A stretch of DNA of 64,000 nt from Mobula hypostoma. Taxonomy: Eukaryota. Shown piece after piece: positions 1-11,160 of the stretch. The stretch's first letter is position 1. Each line of letters opens with the position of its first letter. The position numbers and the translations under genes were made by a program. The stretch spans positions 80,478,001 to 80,542,000 of the forward strand of contig NC_086108.1 of the NCBI RefSeq assembly GCF_963921235.1, written 5' to 3'. The notes beneath the pieces are model-generated. The model was given only the letters and a program-made list of their open reading frames with translations. It did not search any database and was not told the DNA's origin.

Positions 1-215
1 GACAATCCAATTCTGGATCCGCAAAGCAATGTCCCTTTGGAACCCATGCCTCCTTACTTTCTCAATAAGCCTTGCATAGCGTACCTTATCAAATGCCTTG
101 CTGAAATCCATATACATTACATCTACTGCTCTTCCTTCATCAATGTGTTTAGTCACATCCTCAAAAAATTCAGTCAGACACGTAAGGCACGACCTGCCCT
201 TGGCAAAGCCATGCT
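1..215 (-). mobile_element. CR1 LINE RT fragment
   Basis: Minus strand reads ...VDVMYMDFSKAFDKVRYARLIEKVRRHG..., the CR1 RT 'DFSKAFDKV' motif. Confidence 0.85.
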
Positions 216-219
216 GACT

Positions 220-1062
220 TATGGCACTGGTGAGGCCTCACCTTGAGCATTTGGGCTCACCTCACCTTTGGGCTCCTTATCTACGAAAAGCTGGCTAGTG
301 GTGCAGTGACATCAGCGCCGGACTCTGGAGTGAAGGTTCCTGAGTTCAAATCCAGTTGGGCCGCTCCCAGGCACGCTTTCCATCCATGCTGGGTTGAGTG
401 TCGAGCTCGCAACTCGGCCTCATAAAACAAAACTGCGCTGTGAGAAGGACGTGGGGGACCACTCACAGAATCTTTCCTCCAAGACAACCACTTGAAAAGT
501 GGTCGCCGAGACTCTGGCAGAGTATGGCACACAAAAAAAATCTACAAAAAAGATGTGCTGGCATTGGAGAGGGTTCAGAGGAGGTTCACAAGGATGATTC
601 TGGGACTGAAAGGGTTATCATGTGAGGAACATTTGATGGCTCCGGGCCTGGACTCACTGGAATTTAGAAGTGGGGCGGAATCTCATTGAAACCTTTCGAA
701 TGTTGAAAGACCTAGTAGATGTGGAAAGGATGTTTCTCATGGTGGGGGAGTCTAGGACAAGAGGACACAACTTCAGGATAGTGGGGTGTTCATTTAAAAC
801 AGAGATGTGGAGAAATTTCTTTAGCCAGAGGGTGGTGAATTTGTGGAATTTGTTACCACAGGCAGCTGTGGAGGCCAGATCGTTGGGTATATTTAAGGCA
901 GAGATTGATAGGTTCTTGATTGGACATGGCATCAAAGGTCACGGGGAGAAAGCAGGGAACTGGGGTTGAGGAGGAGAAAAAAAAGGATCAGCCATGATTG
1001 AATAGTGGAGCTGACTCAACAGGTCAAATGGCCTAATTCTGCTCCTATGTTTTATGTCTTAT
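220..1062 (+). mobile_element. CR1 LINE 3' fragment, interrupted by a SINE at 289-540
   Basis: ORFs 492..689 and 670..969 give KDVLALERVQRRFTRMI...TRGHNFRI...RNFFSQRVVNLWN (CR1 ORF2 C-terminus); CR1 3' tail ggcctaattctgctcctatg. Confidence 0.92.
289..540 (+). mobile_element. tRNA-derived SINE with A-tail and TSD
   Basis: A-box-like tggtgcagtga, B-box-like gagttcaaatcc, A8 tail; TSD tctac(g/a)aaa at 280-288 and 541-549 splits the host CR1. Confidence 0.85.
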
Positions 1063-1377
1063 AGAAGAGTCCCCAGAAGAATCCTGCAGTGGTTGGGTTT
1101 AATGGTTGATAATTGTTCTGACAAGATGCCTCAGTACGAGTTTCACGTAAAATTTCCACATAAGGAAAGAATGATCAGCCCATACAGAAAAATCATGGAT
1201 TCTAGGTGCCCTTTATACTTGTTGATGCAGTCAGCTCAGGAAACTGCTTAAAAGGAAATCCTTTCTATTCAATGGATGAAACAAGAACTACTGCCCAAAA
1301 CAATGACTGAATACAAAAAAGCACAATCATCCTTCCATCAACCAGAAGGCAAGCAAAAGGAGACCAGTGTGCCACAA

Positions 1378-2022
1378 TTAGATTAGATTAGATTATGAGG
1401 ATATGCAGTCCTCTTTTATTGTCATTTAGAAATGCATGCATTAAGAAATGATACAATGTTCCTCCAGAATGATATCACAGAAACACAAGACAAACCAAGA
1501 CTAAAACAACTGACTAAAACCACATAATTATAACATATACCCTAAGTTGATAAAGAACAGACCATGGACACGGTAAAAAAAAGTCTCAAAGTCTCTCAAA
1601 AGTCCCATCATTTCACGCAGACGGTAGAAGGAGGAGAAACTCTCTTCCTGCCATGAACCGCCAGCACCACAAACTTGCCGATGCAGCACCCTGGAAGCAC
1701 CCGACCACAGCCGACTCTTGAGTCCGTCCGAAAACTTCGAGCCTCCGACCAACCCTCCAACACTGAGCACCGAGCACCAACTCTGCCGATTGCTTCGACC
1801 CTGGCCCCGGCAACAGGCAATAGGCAAAGCCGAGGATTTGGGGCCTTCCCCTCCGGAGATTCTCGATCGCACAGTAGCAATGGCAGAAAAGCAGGCATTT
1901 CAGAAGTTTCTCCAGATGTTCCTCTGTGCTTCTCACATCTGTCTCAATCAAATCAGGTACCTACTTAACAAATACAATATCATTTTGGAGTGGCCGCGCA
2001 TGCTGCGTCGCGCCGCCATCTT
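1378..2022 (-). mobile_element. Non-autonomous LINE-derived retroelement, copy 1 (AAGATGGCGG head, (AATCT)n tail)
   Basis: Near-identical to 6014-6677 and 56507-57050; minus strand begins aagatggcggcgcgacgcagc and ends atgacaataaaagaggactgcatatcctcataatctaatct. Confidence 0.8.
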
Positions 2023-2479
2023 TTCCTCCCCCCTCGTTAAATTATATGGAGCTGCTCTTCAGATCATCACTGTTTCTTATTCCAGCACACCAAGGATCCA
2101 GAACTCAAAGAGACAAACCATCAACTCCACCCCCGAAACAGACCTGCTGAGATCTTCCGGCAGATTGTTGGTCCAGAATCCAGCATCTCGAATGACTGGT
2201 GGTGAGAAAAGCACATCATGATAATCAGATTGTCAACCTGTCCACATGTTACCCCCTCAAAATGTGGTTGTAATGCAACTAAGATAATCATCAGAATCAG
2301 TTTATTATCACTAGTTTATATGACATATAGGTTATTCTTTTTCAGCAGTAGTATAGTAGCACATAAAATTACTATAAATTACAAAATCAACAGTGCAAAA
2401 AAAAAAGAATGATGAGGTTGTGTTCATGGACCACTCAGAAATCTGATGGCAGAGGGAAGGATGTTGTTCATAAACCGAA

Positions 2480-2880
2480 AGGGGTGAATACAGGACTGAA
2501 GGTGTTATATTTGAATGGATGCAGTACACGGATTAAGGTAGATGAACTTGTAGCACAGTTGCAGATTGGCATGCATGATGTTGTGAGCATCACTGAATAA
2601 TGGCTGAAAGAGGATTATAGCTGGGAGCTTAATGTTCAAGGATACACAACGTATCAGAAGGACAGGTAGGTAGGCAGATGGGGCGGCGTGGCTCTGTTGG
2701 TAGAAAATGACATCAAATCATTAGAAATAGGTGACACTGGGTTGGAAGGTGTTGGAACATTGTGAGTAGAGCTGAGGAACTGCAAGGTTAAAAAGACCCC
2801 GATGGGAATTATACACGGACCCTCAAATAGTAGAAAGGTTGTAATCTACAAATTACAATGGGAGATAGAAAATGCATGCT
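2480..2880 (+). mobile_element. CR1 ORF2 APE-endonuclease fragment
   Basis: GLKVLYLNGCSTRIKVDELVAQLQIGMHDVVSITE, then a degenerate GYTTYQKDR...GGVALL motif. Confidence 0.85.
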
Positions 2881-5800
2881 TGTTACTTGTTACTTGTTAC
2901 ATACTCCTGTTAGGGTGCATTCTCCAGATACCTTATAAGGTAACCGTGGCCTTCAGCCAGGAGCAGATGTCATCAGGTGGTTCCCAACCTTCACCGAGTG
3001 TTTTGACCCTTAACCACGACACTCTCCAGTTGGTGGGCCGGCAATGGTAGCCAAATCACTGCCCGTCTGCTCCTGGCTTCCAGCTTCCCTCCTCTCACCT
3101 ACTCCAAATCCAACAAGAGGCTCATTCTGCCTCTTCCCCCAACCTACAAGCTGCTTGTTTTTTCGCTCCTTTCATCCAGCCCCAGATCTGACAACAACCG
3201 CCATGCTGATTTGGCTGGGAATCCCCTGCAGCCGATCTCCACAGGGAGCAACCATGCCTGCCATCCCTTGTCTTTGCGCTCCTGCACTAAGGGCTGGTAC
3301 TTCAAAGCCTTTCTCTCGTGAGCCTCTTCCCATCCCTCCTCCCATGGCACAGTCAGCTCAACCAGAATTATTTTCCTGTCTTCAGATGACCATAGTACAA
3401 TGTCCGGGCGGAGGGTTATGTGCACGACATCCGGGAACTGCAGCCTCCTTCCCACATCGACCCTCATTTCTCAGGACATGACCATTGGCAGCAGATTGGG
3501 CTTTGGTTGTTTAGTTATGAAATGCCTGGCTCCCTCTTTGATTAAAGTGATGGCCTTCCTCAAATCTGTGCCAGCCGTCCTCTTCTTGCATCTCTCTCAC
3601 TCTAGTATGTCAGCAAGAGCCAGAAGCACCTTATCATGGCGCCACCTATACTGTCCTTGAGTTAGAGCTGTTTTACACCCAGACAGTATATGAGCCAGTG
3701 TCCCCTTTTGACCACAGAGCTTACAGTTCGGGTCCTCTCTCATCCCCTATGTGTACAGATGTAATGGTGAAGGAAGGGTGTCATACACTGATCGCAAGAT
3801 GAAGGAAATACAGAAGGGCTCCAGTCTCCATAACTCTGCCCATGAGATCTTGCGCTTATGCAGATCCCATTTTGTCCAGGCATCCTGGGACCTTTGTTCT
3901 ACTGCCTTTGACATCCACTTCTCTTCCTCACGGATCCGTACTTCTGCCTGTATCATTCCTCGCCTGTCCCTTATGCTTGCGTTTCCCCACTGCTGGAAGT
4001 GAACTGAGCCGAGGCCTTGCCACCCGACGCAGGGGTTGCCGATGATACTTCGCATCTTTAGAGAACACACTGCCTCCTCCACAGCTGCGTTGGCTGCCCA
4101 CTTGCACCCAGATCTGGTTGAAACACCTGCTTGCTTTACCAAGATGTCATTGGAATCTCTCAAGCTTAATAAGGCTCTGCATTTTGCCACCTTGAATTTC
4201 TCCACAACAGATGACAGGGGAAGCTGCAGTTGCCCAGATCGAATATAGAGGCCCATGGAAGAGAAGCTTGGGGGATCGCCCAACCATCTCCGCAGGTGCT
4301 TGTTGGTTTTCCTCTCGATGCCCTCAATGGTAGTCATGGGGAACTCATAAAGTGTGAAGACCCAGAGAAGCCTGGGCAGAATGCCGAATTGGTACAGCCA
4401 GGTCTTGAATTTACCCAGAAGTTGGGATTTGTCGATCTTCTTCAGCCATTCATCTGTCTGCTTCACAGCATTGGTGACACTTGCCCCATCTGTCAGTGAG
4501 ACATTAAAACACTTCCCCAAGCATTTTATCGGGTTATCTTCGATGGAAGGGTTGACCTCACCCTGAACTTGGAGGCTAAACTTGCTAGTAACTTTGCCCT
4601 TTCTGATCACCATACACCTGCACTTCTTGGCCTTCAAGGACATCCTCACCCAAGTGAGTACATTGTCCAGGATTTCTAATACTCATCTTGCTTGGACATG
4701 TGACACAGTCGTTATATTCATGTCGTCCATGAACCCTCGTAGAGCCGGCTGAACAATACCCGACTCCAGCATCGGGCCGCGGGTTACATCTTCTGTTGCT
4801 GATAATAGGAGGTCCATTCCCATAATAAATAGGGTGGGGGAGATGGTGTACCCTGTTGGAATCCCCTTCTGGAGGTCCTGCCACCTAGTTGTGAAATGGG
4901 CTGATGCAAGTCTGAGTTTGAATCCTCCTAGGTAGCTGGTGATCACGTCTCAAATAGCCACTGGGATGTAGTAGTGGTCAAGTCCTTCTAGGATGAGGTC
5001 ATGTGGAGTAGACCCGTAGGCGTTCGCGAGGTCTAACCAGACAACTGTTAGGTCGCCTTTTTTCTGCTTGGACTCACGGATCAAATGGCTGATCATTGAG
5101 GTGTGTTGCAGACACCCTGAAAAGCCTGGAATACCGCCTTTCTGGATGGATGTGTTGATATAGCGGTTCTGCATCATGTAAGAAATCAGCCTTCTTGCGA
5201 GCACAGAAAAGAAAATCTTACATTCCACATCCAGGAGAGAGTTTGTCCTAAACTGGGTAATTGTGGAAGAATCCTCGTCCTTTGGAACAAAGCATCCCTC
5301 TGCCAATTTCCAACATGATGGAATAGTACCTTTGGCCCAGATCTTTCTCATGACCTTCCACAGCCTCCAAAGAAGTTTTGGGCATTTCTTATACACCTTA
5401 GAAGGTATGACACTTGGGCCTGGGGTAGCTGATGCTTTAGCTTTCCGGATGATGTCCTGGATTTCCTGCCATGTAGGCTCCTTCACATTCAGCTCAATTG
5501 ATGGGTTTTCCAGTCTACGCACAGCCCGATTGGTTCCTAGTCCCTGACCCCTCCATGGGTCGCTGTGTGCCTCCCGCAGGAACTCCTCTACCTTTGGCTT
5601 CGAGCTGAATAGTATACCAGATTTTTGTTGGCCGAGAAGAGTCCTGGTGAAGCTGAATGGATCTCTCACAATCTGTGCTTGCCTTTCCCTTTCTTCCTTC
5701 TTTGCTGTCGCAGATGTTCCGTCATCTGGTGTTTGCACAGTTTTTCCCTCAGTATACTGGTTACCTTGATACCTTCTTTTTCAGCCAGTGAGCTGGTTTT

Positions 5801-6012
5801 AAACTTCTTGTTGAGCGTCTTTAATTCGCCTCTCAAGCAACGAACCTCCTTTTCCCTCCTATTTGGTTGCTGCAGTAACTCGGGCTGGCTTCTCTGCTCT
5901 ATTGGGCCAAATCGTTACTTAGCTAGATTGTACGCTATGGCTGTGAGTGAGTCGATCTTTCTGTGTACTGGACCTGCTAAGGCAACTTCCAGGATGCCAT
6001 CTAGATCATCAT
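2881..6012 (-). mobile_element. HERO-clade non-LTR retrotransposon (RT + CCHC + RLE), 5'-truncated, with nonsense mutations
   Basis: One frame 5738->3144 contains WLDLANAYGS, LQKGIPTGYTISP, FMDD, CKLC..HILSGC, RWRHD and LRPDIVLWS..VELTVPWEE..ERKALKY..PVEIGCRGF (PD-(D/E)xK endonuclease); five in-frame stops; 3' end is (GTAACAA)n at 2881-2900. Confidence 0.88.
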
Positions 6013-6013
6013 T

Positions 6014-6677
6014 GATTAGATTAGATTATGAGCACACTCAGTCCTCGTTTATTGTCATTTAGAAATGCATGCATTAAAAAATGATACAATGTTCCTCCAG
6101 AAAGATATCACAGAAACACAAGACAAACCATGACTAAACTGACAAAACCACATAATTATAACATAGTTACAATAGTGCAAAGCAATACCGTAATTTGATA
6201 AAGAGCAGACCATGGGCATGGCAAAAAAAGTCTCAAGTCCCAATAGCCCCATCATCTCACGCAGACAGTAGAAGGGAGAAACTCTCCCTGCCATGAACCT
6301 CCAGCACCGCAAACTTGCCGATGCAGCACCAGGAAGCACCCGACCACAGCCGACTCTGAGCCCGTCTGAAAAATTCGAGCCTCCGACCAGCCCTCCGACA
6401 CTGAGCACCGAGCACCATTCTCTGCCGAGCGCTTCGACCCCTCTCCGGCCGCCGAGCGACAAGCAAAGCCGAGGACTCGGGGCCTTCCCCTCTGGAGATT
6501 CTGGACCACATAGTAGCAGTAGCAGCGAAACAGGCATTTCAGAAGTTTCACCAGATGTTCCTCCATGCTCTCACGTCTGTCTCCATCAAATCAGGATTGT
6601 GCACGACACCCTACTTGATAGATAACAGATATCATTCACTGGAGTGGCCGCTCTGAGCTGCGTCGCGCCACCATCTT
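6014..6677 (-). mobile_element. Non-autonomous LINE-derived retroelement, copy 2
   Basis: Same family as 1378-2022; abuts the truncated HERO 5' end. Confidence 0.8.
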
Positions 6678-6684
6678 CTACTCT

Positions 6685-6922
6685 CCAGGTGTTCAAATGA
6701 GTTATTTGAAGTTAATAACTCATCTCCTTCTACCTTAGGCCACAAACTTATCAATCACCCTTGCTGTGGGCACTTTCTGGAGGTCCAAGATCCGTATGCT
6801 CCACAACCACTGGACTAAATGTGTAAACGTAGGTGGGGACTATGTTGAAAAATATATATGCTAGATTTTCTAAAATTGACTCCTTCTACCTTAGGCCACA
6901 AACTTATCAATCACCCCTCGTG
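6685..6922. mobile_element. Half copy of the mariner MITE family at 28606-29219
   Basis: ccttaggccacaaacttatcaatcacccc repeats, ggggactatgttgaaaa and terminal cccctcg. Confidence 0.8.
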
Positions 6923-6949
6923 TGTTAATGACTTGGATCATGGAACTGA

Positions 6950-7672
6950 GGCTTTGTTGCAAAGTTACTTCAATTTAAAGTGGTCCATAGGGACCATATG
7001 ACTAAGGATAAGTTGTCTCGTTTTTATTTAGATATATCCCCGTATTGTGATAAATGTAATAATGGAGAAGCTTCACTCATTCATGTGTTTTGGACATGTC
7101 CGAGCCTTGGAAAATATTGGAAAGAAGTATTTCAAACCTTTTCGATACTTTTTAAAGTAAATTTGAAGCCTAATCCTTTGACTGATTTACTTGGTATTGT
7201 TGGAGGAAAGGATATTATTTTGGAGCCATCTGATTTGCACATTTTGGCTTTTATGTCTCTTATGGCCAGAAGGACGCTCTTGCTTATATGGAAAGATGTG
7301 GCCCCTCCTATTCACGCCCAATGGTTACGTGATGTGATGTCATGTTTAAATTTAGAGAAGATTCGGTGTTCAATCTTTGAATCTAATTAAGACTTTCAAA
7401 CATTATGGGGATCTTTTCTGAATTATTTTCTAAGTCTTTGATTTGCTGATAAAGCACAGATGATGACAAACAATCTTTTTTCATCTTTTTTCCCTACTAA
7501 TCAGCTTCGGTCTTGGTAGTGGGTTAGATTTTTTTTATATAATAAAATTATTATTTTTCAATGTTACGAACTAATTGACTTGTACGAATATAGGGTAAGG
7601 AGTCTTTATATGCAATTTAGCTTGATGCATTGACATATATATTCTTATATATAAATTAATAAAAATATTGGA
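6950..7672 (+). mobile_element. L1/Tx1-like LINE 3' end (zinc knuckle + 3'UTR)
   Basis: LQFKVVHR...YCDKC...SLIHVFWTCPSL..YW motif of L1 ORF2 C-terminus; T-rich 3'UTR ending in aataaaa. Confidence 0.85.
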
Positions 7673-7679
7673 AAGACAA

Positions 7680-8603
7680 AGTTTGCAAAGGATACTAAGA
7701 TAAGTGGAAGGGCAGGTAGTTTTGCAGAAGTAGAAAGGCTACAGAAGGACTTAGATGACTAGGAGAATGAGCAAAGAAGTGGCAGATGGAATACTGTGTT
7801 GGGAAATCTATGGTCATGCACTTTGGTAGAAGAAATGAAAGGGTTGACTATTTTTTAAATGTAGAGAAAATACAAAAAACTGAAGCACAATGGGAATTGG
7901 GAGTCCCTCTGCAGTATTCCTAAAAAGTATATTTGCAGGTTGAGTCATTGGTGAGGAAGGCAAATGTGATGATACCATTTATTTCAAGAGGACTAGAATA
8001 TAAAAGCAAGGATGTAATGTTGAGACTTTATAAAGCACTGGTGAGGCTTCACTTGAAGTATTGTGAGTAGTTTTGGGCCCCTTATCTTAGAAAGGAAGTG
8101 CTGACACTGGAGAGGGCTCAAAAGAGGTTCACAAAAATGATTCCAGGATTGAATGGCTTCTCGTATGAAAAGTGTTGGATGGCTCTGGGCCTGTATATGT
8201 CAGAATTCAGAAGAATGAGGGGTGATCTAATTGAAACCTATGTTGAAAGGCATCAAAAGAGTGGATATGGAGAAGATATTTCCTATGGTGGGAGAGTCTA
8301 GGACCAGAGGGCACAGCCACAGAATAGAGGGCGTCCTATTAGAATGGACGTGAGGAGGAATTTCCTGAGCCAGAGAGTGGTGAATCTGTGGATTTTGTTG
8401 CCACAGACAACTGTGGAGGCCAAGTCTCAATGTATATTCAAGGCAGAGGTCGATAGATTCTTGACTGGTCAGGGCATGAAGGGATACGGAGAGAAGACAG
8501 GAGATTGGGGCTCTCAGGGAAAATGGATCAGCCTTAATTAAATGGCGGAGCAGACTCAATGGGCCAAATGGCCTAAATCTGCTCCTATACCTTATGGTCT
8601 TAT
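7680..8603 (+). mobile_element. CR1 LINE 3' fragment
   Basis: Degenerate FAKDTK motif, LERAQKRFTKMIPG, RNFLSQRVVNLW and CR1 tail. Confidence 0.92.
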
Positions 8604-8856
8604 AAATCATGGACTGTGGCTCTTCGTGTTCCTCTAACTCTTTCCCAATGGCGGTAGTGGAAAGAGGCACGTCCCTAATGACGGATGCTGACTTCTTGAC
8701 GCACCACCTCTTGAAGCTGTCCTCACTGACGTGGAGGGTTGTGCCTGGGACAGAGCTAGCGAAGTTTACAATCCTCTACAGCCTCTTGAAATCCTGTCTA
8801 TCTTTTTCCACTCCTCTGAGAATGAGTTTGAAAATGACTACCACTAGAACTGAATA

Positions 8857-9890
8857 GGGCAGCATGGTAGGGTAATGGCTAGCACATTGCATTTCTTCTC
8901 CAGTGATCACCAATCGTCATTCAAATCTCACTGCTGCTTGTAAGGTGTCACTCCATTCTCCCCATGACCCCGTGGGTTTCCTCTGGGTGCTCCAGTTTCC
9001 TTCCACATTGCAAAGATGTATGGCTCGGGTTAGTGATTTGTGGGCATGCTACAATGGCGCAGGAAGCATATCGACACTTGCAGGTGAGCACAATCCTCAC
9101 TGATTTGATTTGACACAAACAACACAATTCATTCATGCAGGATAACCTTAAGGTTAACCTCCAGGTTGAGTCGGTGGTGAAGAAGGCAAATGCAATGTTG
9201 GCATTCATTTCTAGAGGAATAGAGTATAGGAGCAGGGATGTGATGTTGGGGCTCTATAAGGCACTGGTGAGACCTCACTTGGAGTACTGTGGGCAGTTTT
9301 GGTCTCCTTATTTAAGAAAGGATGTGCTGACGTTGGAGAGGGTACAGAGAAGATTCACTAGAATGATTCCGGGAATGAGAGGGTTAACATATGAGGAACG
9401 TTTGTCCGCTCTTGGACTGTATTCCTTGGAGTTTAGAAGAATGAGGGGGACCTCATAGAAACATTTCAAATGTTGAAAGGCATGGACAGAGTGGATGTGG
9501 CAAAGTTGTTTCCCATGATGGGGGAGTCTAGTACGAGAGGGCATGACTTAGGGATTGAAGGGCGCCCATTCAGAACAGAGATGCGAAGACATTTTTTTAG
9601 CCAGAGGGTGGTGAACCTATGGAATTTGTTGCCTCGGGCGGCAGTGGAGGCCAAGTCATTGGGTGTATTTAAGGCAGAGACTGATAGGTATCTGAGTAGC
9701 CAGGGCATCAAAGGTTATGGTGAGAAGGCGGGGGAGTGGGACTAAGTGGGAGAATGGATCAGCTCATGATAAAATGGTGGAGCAGACTTGATGGGCTGAA
9801 TGGCCAACTTCTGCTCCTTTGTCTTCTAGTCTTATGGTCATTGTATGTTTCAATGTACATGTGACAAATAAAGCTCATCTTTATCTTGCT
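8857..9890 (+). mobile_element. V-SINE-type tRNA SINE split by a CR1 insertion
   Basis: tRNA-like head gggcagcatggtag; V-domain core gtgggtttcctctgggtgctccagtttcc; tail catgtgacaaataaagc resumes at ~9840. Confidence 0.7.
9135..9838 (+). mobile_element. CR1 LINE 3' fragment
   Basis: ORFs 9135..9458 and 9470..9745: YKALVRPHLEYC...FFSQRVVNLWN. Confidence 0.93.
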
Positions 9891-10914
9891 TGAAATTTTC
9901 CCTCACGTGTTGAAGGAAGGAAGGCTTCCTTCCAGGCTTTAATGTAACCAGTCAGAATGTTCTCCAGCACATACCTCTAGATATTTGCAAGAGTCTTTGA
10001 AGGTAGACCAAATCTCCTGAGACTATTGAAGTAGAGCCACTAGCATGCTTTTTCATGATTGCATCAATGTGTTGACACACACCTCTGTGCACTGTGGTTG
10101 CCAAAATTTGGGTCTTTATCGAGGTGCATCTTCAGTAGATGCATAACACAAGACGATGCTTTATAGCTTATTCCCAGGGATTCATCTGAAGACAAACAAT
10201 AATTACTGCTGGAAGATAATCAACTCAGTGAAAGATGTACTTTGATCGACCCAAAATTTGGAAGTGATCTGCACAAGGAGATATCCACAACCGACTGCGC
10301 CTGACTGAAATATTCTGAGGTGCTGGAGCACACATGGAGCAATACACTGAAATTAAGCATCTGCCTTAAATTTGGCGAGGCCAGAATATATGGTCTTACT
10401 GCCACAGGGCCTCGTGTAATAACCTCTCAAACTTCTCATATGTGTAGATGTCATTCTGACATTGTCAGTGATAAGTAAATTTAATTATATACACAGTGAA
10501 GTGAATGAAGGTTATCCACTGCCAACGACGAATCAAGCAATGTAAAAATATCTAACTGGTCACTAGGAGGTGCTTGAGAACTGAAATTTATCTTCCGCAG
10601 TTCAGTCCCTAACTATCCACAACGTCATTGCTGTCATCTGTAAGTTATTCCACAAAATACCAACAATGTACTGATTTTTGCATGTTTGCTAAAAAAACTT
10701 AATCCCCAAAGTTACCTTCAACCCCATTTTCAACAGAAGCTGGGCATCAAAGACAGTTCACAGCTTTTGTTTCAGGAATGCATTCAAAAACGAATGCTTT
10801 AAAAAATACAGCCACAAGTTATACAGACCACAAAGGCCAAAAGGATTGAGCTCAATTTTGCTAATCCTGATTAATGTGTTCATTGATTCTTTTTAAGTTC
10901 CTTCTTAGTAAGAA

Positions 10915-11160
10915 CATAAGAAACAGAAAGAGCAGGAGTAGGCTATTTGGTCTGTTGAACCTGCTCTGCCATTCAGTACGATCATAGATTATCAGGCAAA
11001 AGTCTATCAACTGTGTCTTAAAATATCCTTAATGAAGTAGCCCCTGCTGCATCCCTGGGCAGAAAATTCCACCAAATCACCCCTCTCTGGGAAAAGTAAT
11101 TTCTCCTCATTTCCATCCTATATTTATTTCTCCGAATCTTGAAGCTATGTCTCCTATTTC
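10915..11160 (-). mobile_element. Degenerate CR1 3' end
   Basis: Reverse CR1 tail aacataag...gagcaggagtaggc and tttctcctcatttcc. Confidence 0.7.

Noticed and set aside
1528..2221. Overlapping ORFs of 96-167 aa, repeated at 6055-6625 and 56667-57146
   Set aside because: Lie within a GC-rich repeat; frames are not conserved between copies.
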